Assembly (NCBI GenBank): GCA_024403285.1
Contig: JAKSSB010000001.1
Coordinates: 1 to 50,214 of the forward strand
Reading direction: 5' to 3'
DNA: 50,214 bases
DNA from: Lachnospiraceae bacterium
Lineage (GTDB): Bacteria > Bacillota > Clostridia > Lachnospirales > Lachnospiraceae
Shown piece after piece: positions 25,951 through 36,700 of the stretch; positions within the stretch are counted from its first letter, which is position 1, and every line of letters begins with the position of its first letter. A program made the translations under genes and the position numbers. The notes beneath the pieces were generated by a model. It did no database searches, was not told the DNA's origin, and saw only the letters and a program-made list of their open reading frames with translations.

Positions 25951-26592
25951 TCAGCGCTTAACCGAAAGTGTAACTCCGTCACCGACCGGAAGAATTACCG
26001 TATCGAGCCGGTCGTTATTCTTAAGTTCGTAAAGGTAATCGCGCATTCTTGTGTGAATCGTTCTGTTGCGCCTTGTGACGGCGTAACGCGATTCAATAAT
26101 ATCGCCGTCCTGGAGCACGTTGTCGGAAACAAGCATTCCGTCCGTTTTAAGCACACGCAGAACATCCGGCAGGAAATTCATATACTGCCCTTTGGCCGCA
26201 TCCATGAGAATAAAATCAAATTCGTCATTCATCGAAGCAAGCACTTCGGCAGCATCACCTTCTATAAGCGTGATTTTGTCTTCCATTCCCATGCGTCGGA
26301 AATTCTCCTTCGCTATCGGAATTCTTTTATCATATTTCTCTATAGTCGTGATATGGCAGTCTTCCGGCGAGTAAAGTGCCATCAGAAGTGCCGAAAAACC
26401 GGTTGCGGTTCCGACTTCGAGAATGTTGCGCGGGCGCCTTTCGATCATCAGGAAATGTAAAAGACTCTGCATATCCGTTCTGATAATCGGCACATCTCCC
26501 CGCTTTGCTTCGCGTTCTATTTCGTCAAGTACCGGAGTGTTGCCCTTCTCAAAAGAATTGATAAAAGTGCTCATCCTCTCATCAAGTATCAT
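25951..26592 (-). CDS. trmR: O-methyltransferase, TrmR/YrrM-like
   Basis: Motifs VPII, ILEVGTATGFS, FDFILMDAAKGQY and DNVL, in mltG-methyltransferase-U32 synteny. Confidence 0.8.
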   Translation of the reverse strand: MILDERMSTFINSFEKGNTPVLDEIEREAKRGDVPIIRTDMQSLLHFLMIERRPRNILEVGTATGFSALLMALYSPEDCHITTIEKYDKRIPIAKENFRRMGMEDKITLIEGDAAEVLASMNDEFDFILMDAAKGQYMNFLPDVLRVLKTDGMLVSDNVLQDGDIIESRYAVTRRNRTIHTRMRDYLYELKNNDRLDTVILPVGDGVTLSVKR

Positions 26593-26594
26593 AC

Positions 26595-26975
26595 TTACTG
26601 TTCTTCCTCTTCCTGATTCTCGGACATTACCGCCATCATTTCATACGGTGTCATCGCAGTGTTGAGTTCGTAAACTCCCGGGTTCAGTTTGCCGTGATAA
26701 TCGGAAAATTTCTCCTGAAATACGAAAAGAGTCTTGTCTCTTATGAGACCTTTTTCTTCAAGGATTTCTCCGATTTCTTTTACACTTTTACCTTCTACGA
26801 TTGCAACGTTTATCACAATTCCGGGTGCAGAATCGATAGCTTCGTCGGCAAAAATTCTGTAGCCGAAATCATATGCTACGCCGGTCAGTTTGATAACCAG
26901 CAGTAAAATCACCAGAATTGCGCAGATTTTAAGAACCGTACCTCCGATTTTCAATACGATTTTCTTCGTTTTCAT
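26595..26975 (-). CDS. Short MltG/YceG-like membrane protein (N-terminal domain only)
   Basis: TM helix followed by I.EG.S..EI..ILEEKGLI...F...LNPGVYELN..MT. Only 126 aa, at the mltG syntenic position. Confidence 0.78.
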   Translation of the reverse strand: MKTKKIVLKIGGTVLKICAILVILLLVIKLTGVAYDFGYRIFADEAIDSAPGIVINVAIVEGKSVKEIGEILEEKGLIRDKTLFVFQEKFSDYHGKLNPGVYELNTAMTPYEMMAVMSENQEEEEQ

Positions 26976-26995
26976 AAGTCTCCTCCGAAAGGGAT

Positions 26996-27322
26996 TTATT
27001 CGAATCCCAATGCTTCAACCACGGCGAAGCCCAGTTCCTGAACCATACGGCACACGGCAAGTTCCGCGTCAAGATATGCCTTTGCTACGGGATTGGCATA
27101 AAGAAACGCGTAACTGCTCTCGAAACTGTCCGTTTTCTCATATATTTCATCACCGTTCGAACGTGCATACAGTTCGGTACGCTGATTGCGATAGGCATTT
27201 ATCTGACGCCACAGATCAATGTCTGCTTTGGCTGCTTCCTTTGCTGCGACGTATGCCTTAAATTCATCGCTTCCTTTGATAATTTTGACAATCTGCTTTT
27301 TCTCTTTTTCAAAGCCTGCCAT
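26996..27322 (-). CDS. YlbF/YmcA family regulator
   Basis: Pattern I..S.EF..Y...NP....YL.AE. GAGGAG RBS before ATG 27322. Confidence 0.75.
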   Translation of the reverse strand: MAGFEKEKKQIVKIIKGSDEFKAYVAAKEAAKADIDLWRQINAYRNQRTELYARSNGDEIYEKTDSFESSYAFLYANPVAKAYLDAELAVCRMVQELGFAVVEALGFE

Positions 27323-27323
27323 A

Positions 27324-28985
27324 CTAAATCTCCTCAAAGAACGGTAATATCATCGGTCTTCTCTTAGTCTTTTTCCAGAAAAATTCACCGAGTGAATCTC
27401 TCAGGCTGCTCTTCAATTTGCTCCAGTCGGATACATTTCTTCCAAGCAGTCTGTCTATTGCTTCGCTTGCAGCCGTCTGCGCTTCCATCATCAGATCGTC
27501 TGCGCCCTTGCTGTAAACAAATCCGCGGCTGATCAAATCGGGGCCGGCAAGAACCTGTCCGCTGTAAGCGTCAAATGCCACAACCACCACAACGATGCCG
27601 TCTTCGGCAAGTTTCTGACGCTCCTTAAGTACGGAGTTTCCGACATCTCCGATTCCGAGACCGTCGACAAGGATTGCTCCGACGGGAACGTTTCCGATTA
27701 CCTCCGCTCCGTCTTCACCGAGTTCAAGAACATTTCCCGTCTCCATTAAGAAAATGTTGTCTTTCGCAATACCGAGTTCTTCGGCAATTTTGGCCTGTGC
27801 AATCAGATGCTTGTATTCGCCGTGAACCGGAATTGAATACTTCGGCTGTGTCAGATTGTAGATAAGTTTAATCTCTTCCGCGCAGGCATGTCCCGAAACA
27901 TGAACATCCTGGAAGATAACATCGGCTCCCATTTTGAAAAGTTCGTTGATTATCTTCGTAACCGCTTTCTCGTTGCCGGGAATCGGATGTGAAGAGAAAA
28001 TAACCGTGTCGTTCGGACCGATTTTAACTTTCTTGTGAATGCCCATCGCCATTCTGCTCAATGCAGCCATGCTTTCGCCCTGGCTTCCGGTTGTGATGAT
28101 AACCGTTTTCTCTTCGGGATAATCCCTCAGATTCTCAATATCAATAAGCGTATTCTCGGGCACATTCAATCTGTTAAGTTTCGTCGCGGTTTCGATGATA
28201 TTCACCATGCTGCGGCCTTCGACAACTACTTTTCTGCCTACCTTGTAAGCGGCGTTAATTATCTGCTGCACTCTGTCTACATTCGATGCAAACGTCGCAA
28301 CGATAATTCTGTTTTTCGAATGCTCCTGCATAATGTTGTCAAATATTTTACCAAGATTTTTCTCCGACGGAGTAAATCCGGGACGCTCCGCGTTCGTTGA
28401 ATCGCACAGGAGCGCAAGAACACCTCTTTTACCCAGTTCAGCGAAGCGCTGAAGATCGATTGTATCGCCGAAAACGGGAGTGTAATCAACCTTGAAATCA
28501 CCTGTGTGAATGACGATTCCCGCGGGTGAATAAATGGCAAGCGCAGCCGCATCAACGATACTGTGGTTCGTTCTGATGAATTCCACGGTAAAATCGTTGA
28601 TTCTGACGTGATCTCCAAACTCGACCGTCTGGCAGTTCACGATGTCGGTAAGTTTGTGTTCTTCAAGTTTGTGGGCGATTAAGCCCATCGTAAGTGTTGT
28701 TGCAAAAATCGGCACGTTGACCTTCTGTAAAATATAAGGAATTGCGCCGATGTGATCCTCGTGACCGTGCGTAATAAAAAAAGCTTTGACGCGGTCGATG
28801 TTCTCTTCCAGATATGTCACATCCGGAATTACGAGGTCTATTCCGAGCATATCATCCTCAGGGAAGCTTAAGCCACAGTCAACGACAATAATGCTGTCGC
28901 CGTACTCGAATGCGGTCATGTTAAGACCGATCTGACCGAGGCCGCCCAAAGGAATTATGCGAATCTTTCCTTCGTCTCTTTTCAA
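27324..28985 (-). CDS. rnj: Ribonuclease J
   Basis: Motifs IPLGGLGQIG, THGHEDHIG, HTGDFK, HVSGHA, PVHGE and TKRRPMILP. Confidence 0.96.
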   Translation of the reverse strand: MKRDEGKIRIIPLGGLGQIGLNMTAFEYGDSIIVVDCGLSFPEDDMLGIDLVIPDVTYLEENIDRVKAFFITHGHEDHIGAIPYILQKVNVPIFATTLTMGLIAHKLEEHKLTDIVNCQTVEFGDHVRINDFTVEFIRTNHSIVDAAALAIYSPAGIVIHTGDFKVDYTPVFGDTIDLQRFAELGKRGVLALLCDSTNAERPGFTPSEKNLGKIFDNIMQEHSKNRIIVATFASNVDRVQQIINAAYKVGRKVVVEGRSMVNIIETATKLNRLNVPENTLIDIENLRDYPEEKTVIITTGSQGESMAALSRMAMGIHKKVKIGPNDTVIFSSHPIPGNEKAVTKIINELFKMGADVIFQDVHVSGHACAEEIKLIYNLTQPKYSIPVHGEYKHLIAQAKIAEELGIAKDNIFLMETGNVLELGEDGAEVIGNVPVGAILVDGLGIGDVGNSVLKERQKLAEDGIVVVVVAFDAYSGQVLAGPDLISRGFVYSKGADDLMMEAQTAASEAIDRLLGRNVSDWSKLKSSLRDSLGEFFWKKTKRRPMILPFFEEI

Positions 28986-29022
28986 TTTTCTATCCTCTTG
29001 TTATTTTGCTAAATTTTAATTT

Positions 29023-29283
29023 CTACTCAAACGAAACATCGTCAAGAAGGCTCTCGAAGATGTCTGCCAGTGCGGCAAGTTCCGTATCGTCCGAAACAAT
29101 TTCATAAAGTGCGTCGGAATCTTCCTTCGCCGAAAGGTCTTTTAAGATGAGGGCTTCGCCGTCGCCTTCTTCGCTGTCGGTTACAAGGATGTAATCAATT
29201 CCTCCAACGGTAGTCTGCTCAAGTACAAAAAAATCTACCGGCTCGCCGTCGTCCGGGCAGAAAGTTATTTTATCCAGTTTCAT
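29023..29283 (-). CDS. DUF1292 domain protein
   Basis: Small acidic protein (F.VLEQT..G..YILV) immediately downstream of ruvX. Confidence 0.82.
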   Translation of the reverse strand: MKLDKITFCPDDGEPVDFFVLEQTTVGGIDYILVTDSEEGDGEALILKDLSAKEDSDALYEIVSDDTELAALADIFESLLDDVSFE

Positions 29284-29714
29284 TTTGTGTCCTCCATGGA
29301 CTTATTGTCCAAATAGCTCTGCAAAATAATCATTGCAGCAATTTTATCAACATATTCCTTGCGGTCTTCCCTGCGGATTCCGCACTCTTTCATAATTTCT
29401 TCCGATTCGACCGTCGTAAGTCTCTCGTCCTGATAGACAACAGGAACGCCCGAGCGTCTTGACAGCATCTCTCCGAATTCTTTCGTTTTGACAACACGGA
29501 TACCTTCCGTATCATTCATATTCTTGGGTAATCCGAGAACTATAAGTTCCGCACCGTACTCCGCAATTATTTCTTCGATTCTTGCGAGAGTCCGGCGAAG
29601 TTTATCCTCTTTTTCCCTGCGCACAATTTCAAGTCCCGTCGCAATCGTGCAGGTCGGATCGCTCATTGCAACGCCGACTGTCTTGGAACCGAAATCGAGT
29701 CCGATAATTCGCAT
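29280..29714 (-). CDS. ruvX: RuvX/YqgF nuclease
   Basis: Motifs MRIIGLDFGSKTVGVA, GLPKNM, DERLTT and VDKIAAMIILQSYLD. Confidence 0.94.
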   Translation of the reverse strand: MRIIGLDFGSKTVGVAMSDPTCTIATGLEIVRREKEDKLRRTLARIEEIIAEYGAELIVLGLPKNMNDTEGIRVVKTKEFGEMLSRRSGVPVVYQDERLTTVESEEIMKECGIRREDRKEYVDKIAAMIILQSYLDNKSMEDTK

Positions 29715-29726
29715 TCAAAACCTCCG

Positions 29727-29993
29727 CTATTCTTCCAGATCCCAGCCGTTCGCGTTAATGTATTCCACAAGCATTTCCTCGACAAGTTCGTCTCTCTCGA
29801 CTTTCATAATCAGACTTCTTGCGTTGTTGTGGCTTGTGATATATGTCGGGTCGCCGGACATAATATATCCGACAATCTGATTGACCGGGTTGTAACCTTT
29901 TTCTTTTAATGCTTCATAAACCTGCGACAGTACGCGGTTAACACGTTCTCTGTCCGCTTCAATGTCAAAATACTGAGTGTTTTCAATTTCCAT
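29727..29993 (-). CDS. ireB: IreB/ReoM family regulatory phosphoprotein
   Basis: VYEALKEKGYNPVNQIVGYIMSGDPTYIT. Start set at 29993. Confidence 0.93.
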   Translation of the reverse strand: MEIENTQYFDIEADRERVNRVLSQVYEALKEKGYNPVNQIVGYIMSGDPTYITSHNNARSLIMKVERDELVEEMLVEYINANGWDLEE

Positions 29994-30095
29994 ATATTCA
30001 TCCCTCATGCTATACCTGCGTCAAAGAAACTTTTGACGCAATAAAACAAGTCCCCACAAGTCATTCGCAGGGCATAATATCAGATACTATTTCAT

Positions 30096-30124
30096 ATTGT
30101 ACACTTCTTACTCACAAAATTCAA
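30096..30124 (-). promoter_or_regulatory. Sigma-A-type promoter for the ireB operon
   Basis: Minus strand TTGAAT-17 bp-TACAAT. Confidence 0.6.
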
Positions 30125-30141
30125 GTTATATGGGCATCAGA

Positions 30142-30393
30142 GAATCGATGCGCCCCAATCTTCTCTCTCTTTACTTTCCGCTTTTCTATGTCCCCCGGCG
30201 AATCGGTGAACCCTCAATCTTCTCTTTCTACTTTCCGCTTCTCTATATCCCCCGGCGAATCGATGAACCCCCAATCTTCTCTTTCTACTTTCCGCGTTCC
30301 TCTATCCCCCCGGCGAATCGATGAACCCCCAATCTTCTCTTTCTACTTTCCGCTTCTCTATATCTTTGGGCGAATCGATGAACACGTTTCTTC
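30142..30393 (+). repeat. Left tandem array, 57/58-bp period, 4 full copies plus 1 partial
   Basis: Units start at 30142, 30200, 30257, 30315 and 30372. Consensus GAATCGATGAACCCCCAATCTTCTCTTTCTACTTTCCGCTTCTCTATATCCCCCGGC. Confidence 0.93.
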
Positions 30394-30475
30394 GAACGGC
30401 CTTATGGAGCCGCCGGTTCTTAGCGAGGTTTTATCGAGCTTAGAACCGTTGCGTGCGACATGGGAACGCGAGTGT

Positions 30476-30655
30476 CCGGAGAAGATTGTGTTCATCGATT
30501 CGCCGGGCCATCAACCGCAAGTCCCCGGAGAAGATTGCGTTCATCGATTCGCCCGGCCAGAGCACGCAAGTCTCCGGAGAAGATTGCGTTCATCGATTCA
30601 CCCGGCAATCAACCGCAAGTCCCCGGAGAAGATTGTGTTCATCGATTCGCCCGGC
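30476..30655 (-). repeat. Right tandem array, 49-bp period, 3 full copies plus 1 partial; core inverted relative to left array
   Basis: Units CCGGAGAAGATTGYGTTCATCGATTCGCCCGGC... at 30476, 30525, 30574 and 30623. Confidence 0.93.
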
Positions 30656-30669
30656 AGGAAGGGAGAATG

Positions 30670-30697
30670 AAAAAGCCCCGGGCATATAGCCCGGGGC
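30670..30697 (-). terminator. Intrinsic terminator of the giant surface-protein gene
   Basis: GCCCCGGGC-ATATA-GCCCGGGGC with a T5 run on the minus strand, 15 bp past the stop. Confidence 0.85.
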
Positions 30698-30712
30698 GTG
30701 GAAATTTAAGGA

Positions 30713-33700
30713 TTAAAGGATGTTGAGAATGTCAACGTATACCATAACTTTTGATACGGTCGAGGCATTCTTCATACCGTCGAAGTAAAGTTCGAGTTTC
30801 AGCGTCTCACTCTTGAAGAGCGATTTGTTGCTTGCTGAATTGCTGAATCCGAATGTATATACTCCGGGGCAAACTTCAACAATCTGGTAATTTGAGAGGG
30901 CACCTGCTTTTGCGTAAATCATGGCACCTCTTAAATCAGATACTGTAGGATCATCGATTGTGAAGAGTACACATGCTCTGTCAAACCTGTCAATCTTGCA
31001 AAGAAGAACGTTGATTGAATCGGGATTGATTACTATCTTGCCCTCTTTGAATGTGAGTTTAACCGAGTTCGAATCAAATGTTTTGTTCTTGCTGTAAGTA
31101 GATCTGATTGTTGCAGTAAAATCAAGTGACTGGTCGAATGAGTCATTCTTAAATGCGTCGGATTCCTTGTTAATCTTTACTCTGAAGCTGTTATCGTCCG
31201 CAACACTTAATGTGAACCAGTCCGAAACATCTCCGTTTGCTCCGATGTAATCACCTGTAGCAACGTTTTTACCCTGCTTAGCTGTTACATAAAGAGTAGG
31301 GTTGATTGAATCGATTGATGCATTCTCGATTGTATAAGCAAGTTTAACTTCCGAACCGGTACGGGCGGGATCGATTGCTCCCGATGCCTTAATCTTCATG
31401 GTCGGATTGCTCTTGACCTGCTTGGGAATGATTACTTTAATCTTAATCGGTTTTGTAGCAACTTCAGGATAATCCTCAAGTCTGTAAACTACCGAAATAT
31501 CATACTTCTCGTTGTATGTTGAGTAAAGTTCGTTAAGTGAAATCTGCAATACATCTTTCAGATTCTCTGCATCACCCTTTGTATAAACAATATCAAGCGG
31601 TGTATGGAAGGTTGTTAAATCATTCTTCTTTGAATCGGTAATTGTAATTTCTGCTTTTGCGTTTGCATACTTGTCTGCTGCGATTGTTACATTGAATTTG
31701 TTAGGATTGCCGTCTTCCGTTCTGTCATCCTTACTGATTGTAAGTTCTGCTGTATCGGCTTTGTACTTGGGCATAACAGCCTCTGCCTTAACATCGAATG
31801 AACATGAAACATTGTCACGGTCTGTAATTACAACCTTGTATGTTCCCGGTTTGGTAGCTTCATTCGATCTCAATGTAATTGTTCTTGACTTGTATGTGAA
31901 ATCAAGTTCATTGAAGAGTTCTTTTTTACCCTTGGAATCCATTATCTGAATCTTAAGAGTACTGTTTGAATCGCCGGTGTACTTACCGATGTTGTATCCG
32001 ATTGCAGATGAAATAATATCTACCGAAACCGAATCAACGCCAATGCCTGCTACGAGATCGAGTTTAACGCTCTTCTCAGAAGGCTTGATTGTAACCTTGG
32101 AAGCAACCTTAACATCAACTGAATATTCAAGTAACTGTTTATCATTGCCGCCTACAACCGCAAAGAGCATAATCTTTCCGGCAGGAAGGATATCAGCAGC
32201 ATCATCTGCTGCAGCAATTGCAAACATACCTGTCTGTGTATCAAAGTTTACAACCTTGTAGCTTAATCCGGCATTATACGATTTCTGCTTTGATTTGGAA
32301 AGTGTTGCAATTTCATCTGCTGTTGCTGTTCTTAATTCTGTAATATCAAAACTTTCGAAAGCAGCGTTTTTATCCTTACCGATAATCGCAAGGTCAACCG
32401 AAGTGCCGAAATCTTCCTTGTGTAAAGGAACAGTAATCTTCGTTACCGAAAGTTTGGTCTTCGGAGCATCCTTCTTTGCAGAAACACTTACGGCTACTGC
32501 AACAGGAGCGTTGTAACCTTCTACCCATACTTTCAGGTAAAGTTTTCCGGACTTCTTAACGCCGGTTCCGGGAACCGTAACCTCATTGGTCTCAGCATTA
32601 TATGTAAGCCACTCAGGAACTTTCTTCGAGCTGTCAAGCTCTGCTTTTACAACATCACCGTTCTTGCTTGTAAATTCTACAGGTGCCGTAACATCTGCAA
32701 AGAATGTATTGAGCTTAACTGCTGCTGCCTTAACCGTCGGAAGCTTCTTGGAAACACTGATTGTAAGTTTAATGGTTTCGCTGCCGTTAGGATTCTTGGC
32801 TGAATATACTTTAAGAGCTGTCTTGTATGAAGACTTAATCTTCTTAATCTCAGCTGCATTTTCAGGATCTGCAAAATCATATGCGGGATTTGCTTTTACA
32901 GCAACAGTTCTGTCATCTTTTACCTCGATTACGAAGTACTTGTTAAATGAGCTGTCCGCAAATTCTACACCGGTAACCTTATCTGTAATATCGCCTTCGA
33001 AGTAAACTCTTACGCTTGAATCTTCTGTAGCTTCCTTCTCATAGATATTAACCTTTAATGTCTTCTTGGTTACCTTCGGAACAGAAGTTTCTTCTCCGCC
33101 GCCGATTTCGTTGTTGTAAACGTCGATACGAAGCTGTGCTGCACACTTAACGCTGTAAATCTCCGTAGCGATTACAATGTATGTGCTGCCTTCTGCCTTG
33201 GCTGTAACTTTAATTGATCCAGCTTCCGTAAGTACAACATCAGCAACATTCTTATCCGAAACATCTATGTTCTCGGCGTTAATGAAGCCTGCACCCGGAA
33301 GGTTGGTTGTAAATACTTTTACGTTTTCGCTTTCATCAGCGAGGTTGAGTGTTGCAAAATCTACTGCTCTGTCATTCTCATCATAAATGAGAAGTTCGAA
33401 GTCTTTGAAGTTTGCATTCAACGAAGCTTTGTTAACTGCCTTGAGTTCTTCGGGAAGTCCTGCAGGATAAGCGGGACGCTCATCATTGCTTGCATACTCT
33501 GCCGTAAACTCGTATTCAGCGCCGGGATCCATCTGAGTAAATACAACTTCGGTTTCCGTTGTAATCTCATCAACTGTTTCGCCGGTCTTAAGATTTGTGC
33601 ATGTTACCTTAACTCCGCTTAAGTTGTACTCATCACTGAGTGTATCCGGAAGTTCTTCGCCCGGATAAGCAAAGCTTACTTTAATTGAATCGAATGAATC

Positions 33701-36700
33701 TTTAGCCCACTCTGCCTTAAGTCCTTTAACAGCCTTTGCGTAGAAGCAGTCTGCATCAAGTGAGTAAACCCTATCTTCTGTTGCTGTTGCATCTACGGAA
33801 TTTCCTGCTCCGAGAGGAACGAGTTTTCCGTTTGCCTTAACAGCCCATACGCCATAGATGTCATTTGAACCGCCGACCTTGATTGAGTAAAGAACATTCT
33901 CAATAATCGAAAGAGCTTCACTGTCATTCTCAGCCTTAACGGTCTTAACCGTTACGTCATCTTCAACCGAAATATCAAATCCGTCAGGTAAAACATCGGC
34001 TGTTACCGAAATGCTGTACTGAGGTGCTTCAGCTCTGATGATGTTGAATGTATAATTAGTAATTCTGCCTTCGTAAGATACAACTGCCTCAACAGTATTC
34101 TTTCCGACATGAAGGTTTGAAATAACCGCTGTCTTGCCTTCGGCTCCGTTAATATAAACAAGCGACTCTGTGGAGTATGCTTCAATTGTGAGCGTTACTT
34201 CCGTAACATCGTTGTTTACATATACATCGAATGCCTTGGTGTCATCCGTAACTTCTGTCTTTTCTTCGTTTACGGTAAAAGATTTAATCTTTCTTGCGTC
34301 AGCTTCAACAGGTCCTGCCACTGCGGAATAAACCACACCGTCGTATCTGTCTTTTCCTGTTGCTTTTACTCTGATGTATTTACCGATAAATTCTTCGGTA
34401 ATATCAATAGTGTCTTTGTTTGCACCAACTACGGTAAATCCTGTTACGCCGTCTTCGGAAATCTGCCACTCGTAATCTGCTGTTGCTCCGGCAGGCTTAA
34501 GACCGGAAACGCTAAGTTTTCCACCAACCATTGCTGAGCCGATAAGCGAAACATTTGTAAGAGGATTCAAAGGTTTAGCATCAATCGCTGCTTTTACATC
34601 GCCCTTTAATTCTTCGGGAAGTCCTTCAGGATATACAGGGCGCTCGTCACCGCTTACGTATTCTGCTGTGAATGTGTAAGCCGACTTGGAATCCATATTC
34701 TCGAATACAACGGATGTTCCTGTTGTATTGAGACTCTTAACTTCTGTACCGTCAGCACTAAAGCATGTAACCTTAACCGCACCGTAATTGTATGTACCGT
34801 CAAGTGCCACAGGCATCTTTCCTGCAGGATATGCAAAGCTTACGGTAATCGAATCGTCCGTTCCTTTGCCCCATGCAGCAGTCAGACCGGATACGGGTTT
34901 AACATAGAAGCAGTCTGCATCAAGTGTATATTCCATATCCACTGCGGAAATTCCCTTAACGGTGCTGCTCATTCCGAGAGGAACGATAACTCCGTTTTCT
35001 TTAACTGCCCATACACCGAACTCGGCATTTGAACCGGTAACATTGACAGTATATTCTGTATCTTCTTCAACTTTTATAGCTGCTTCACCGACTGCTTTGA
35101 TTCCGTCTTCGTTTGTTCCGTCGGTTACAGTTAATTCATAGCCTTCGGGTAATGCTGATGCATTAACTAAGATGCTGTGCTTAGGTGTTTCAGCTCTGAA
35201 GATATTTATTACATAATTTCTTGATCTTCCTTCGAATGAAATACTGATTGTAACCGTATTCACTCCTACAAAAAGATCCTTAACGGTTGTGCTTGCGCCT
35301 GTCTGACCGTTGATTGTTACTTTCGAATCAGCCGAATATGTTTCGATTTCAACGTTTGCATCCTTAACACTGTTTGCAACATTTACGTCGAATGAATAGC
35401 TGTCAGCTGCCACTTCGGTCTTATTACCGTTAATCGTGAATGCTTTAAGCTTGGTTGCGTCTTCTGCAACAGGTCCTGCAACAGCTGAAACAACCGTCGA
35501 AGTATATCTGCCGGTTCCCGTTGCGGTAACTCTGATGTATTTGCCTACATATTCATCTGCGACCGAAACTGTTTCCGATGAAATTCCGAGTGATGTAAAT
35601 CCTGTTGTCGCATTATCGGAAATCTGCCAGTCATATTTAACCGTTGCATCAGCGGGAACAATTCCTGCTACGGAAAGAGTGCTTCCTGCCATTGCTGTTC
35701 CGCTGATTGTTACTTTTTCAAGATTAACAAGCGGCTTGCTGCCGATTGTTACTTCTGCATTTGCTTTTAACTCTTCGGGAAGAGTTGCGGGATAAACAAG
35801 GTGTGAATCTCCGCTTACATACTCTGCAGTAAATCTGTAACCAGATGTGTAGTCAAGATTCTTGAATTCAACATTTGAATCCTTTGTTGTTATGCTGTCA
35901 ACCGGTTTGCCGGTCTTAGCATTGTAACATGAAATCTTAACTCCGCTGTAATCATATGCAGCACCGATAGCTACAGGCATCTTTCCGTTCGGATATGTGA
36001 TGCTGACTGTAATCGTATCATCGCTGCCCGTACTCCATGCAGCATCAAGTTTCGAAAGTGCTTTTACATAGAAGCAGTCTGCATCAACCGTATAGCTTAC
36101 ATCGCTTCCGGGTACATTCTGTTCAACCGAATTGCCGCTTCCGAGAGGAATAAGAACGTCGCCTCTCTTAACTGCCCAAACGCCGAACTCTGCATTCGAT
36201 CCCGTAACGCTTACTGTAAATGCCGTATTATCAGCAACAGTAATTGAATCTTCTGCATTTACGGAACCTGAACTTGCCGAATTGATTCCGTCGGTAACAT
36301 TTAATGTATATCCGTCGGGTAATACCGAAGGATTAACCGAAATTCTGTACTTGGGAATTTCAGCTCTTACTACTGTAATTGTATATTCTTTGTTTCTTCC
36401 GTCGGCTGAAAGAATAACCTTAACGATGTTCTCACCGACTGCAAGATTCTTGATTGTGGTACTTGAAGCTTCCGTTCCGTTAATTGTAATAACCGAATCT
36501 GTCGAATATGTTTCGATTTCGACTGCAGCTTCTGTTACACTGTTAGCCACATTAACTGTGAATGCTGTTTCACCGTCTGCAACCTCTGTCTTCTTACCGT
36601 TTACGGTAAAAGATTTAAGTTTCGTAGCGTCAGCCTTTACAGGTCCTGCAATTTCCGAATAAACCGTGCCGCTGTATCTGTCGTTTCCTGTTGCTTTAAC

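Noticed and set aside
30142-30655. CRISPR array
   Set aside because: The inter-core sequences are near-identical or alternating rather than unique spacers, the two halves are inverted, and no cas genes are present.
30097-30726. Plus-strand ORFs of 75-160 aa over the repeat arrays
   Set aside because: They are open in several frames only because of the repeat sequence. The 58- and 49-bp periods break frame, and there is no convincing RBS.
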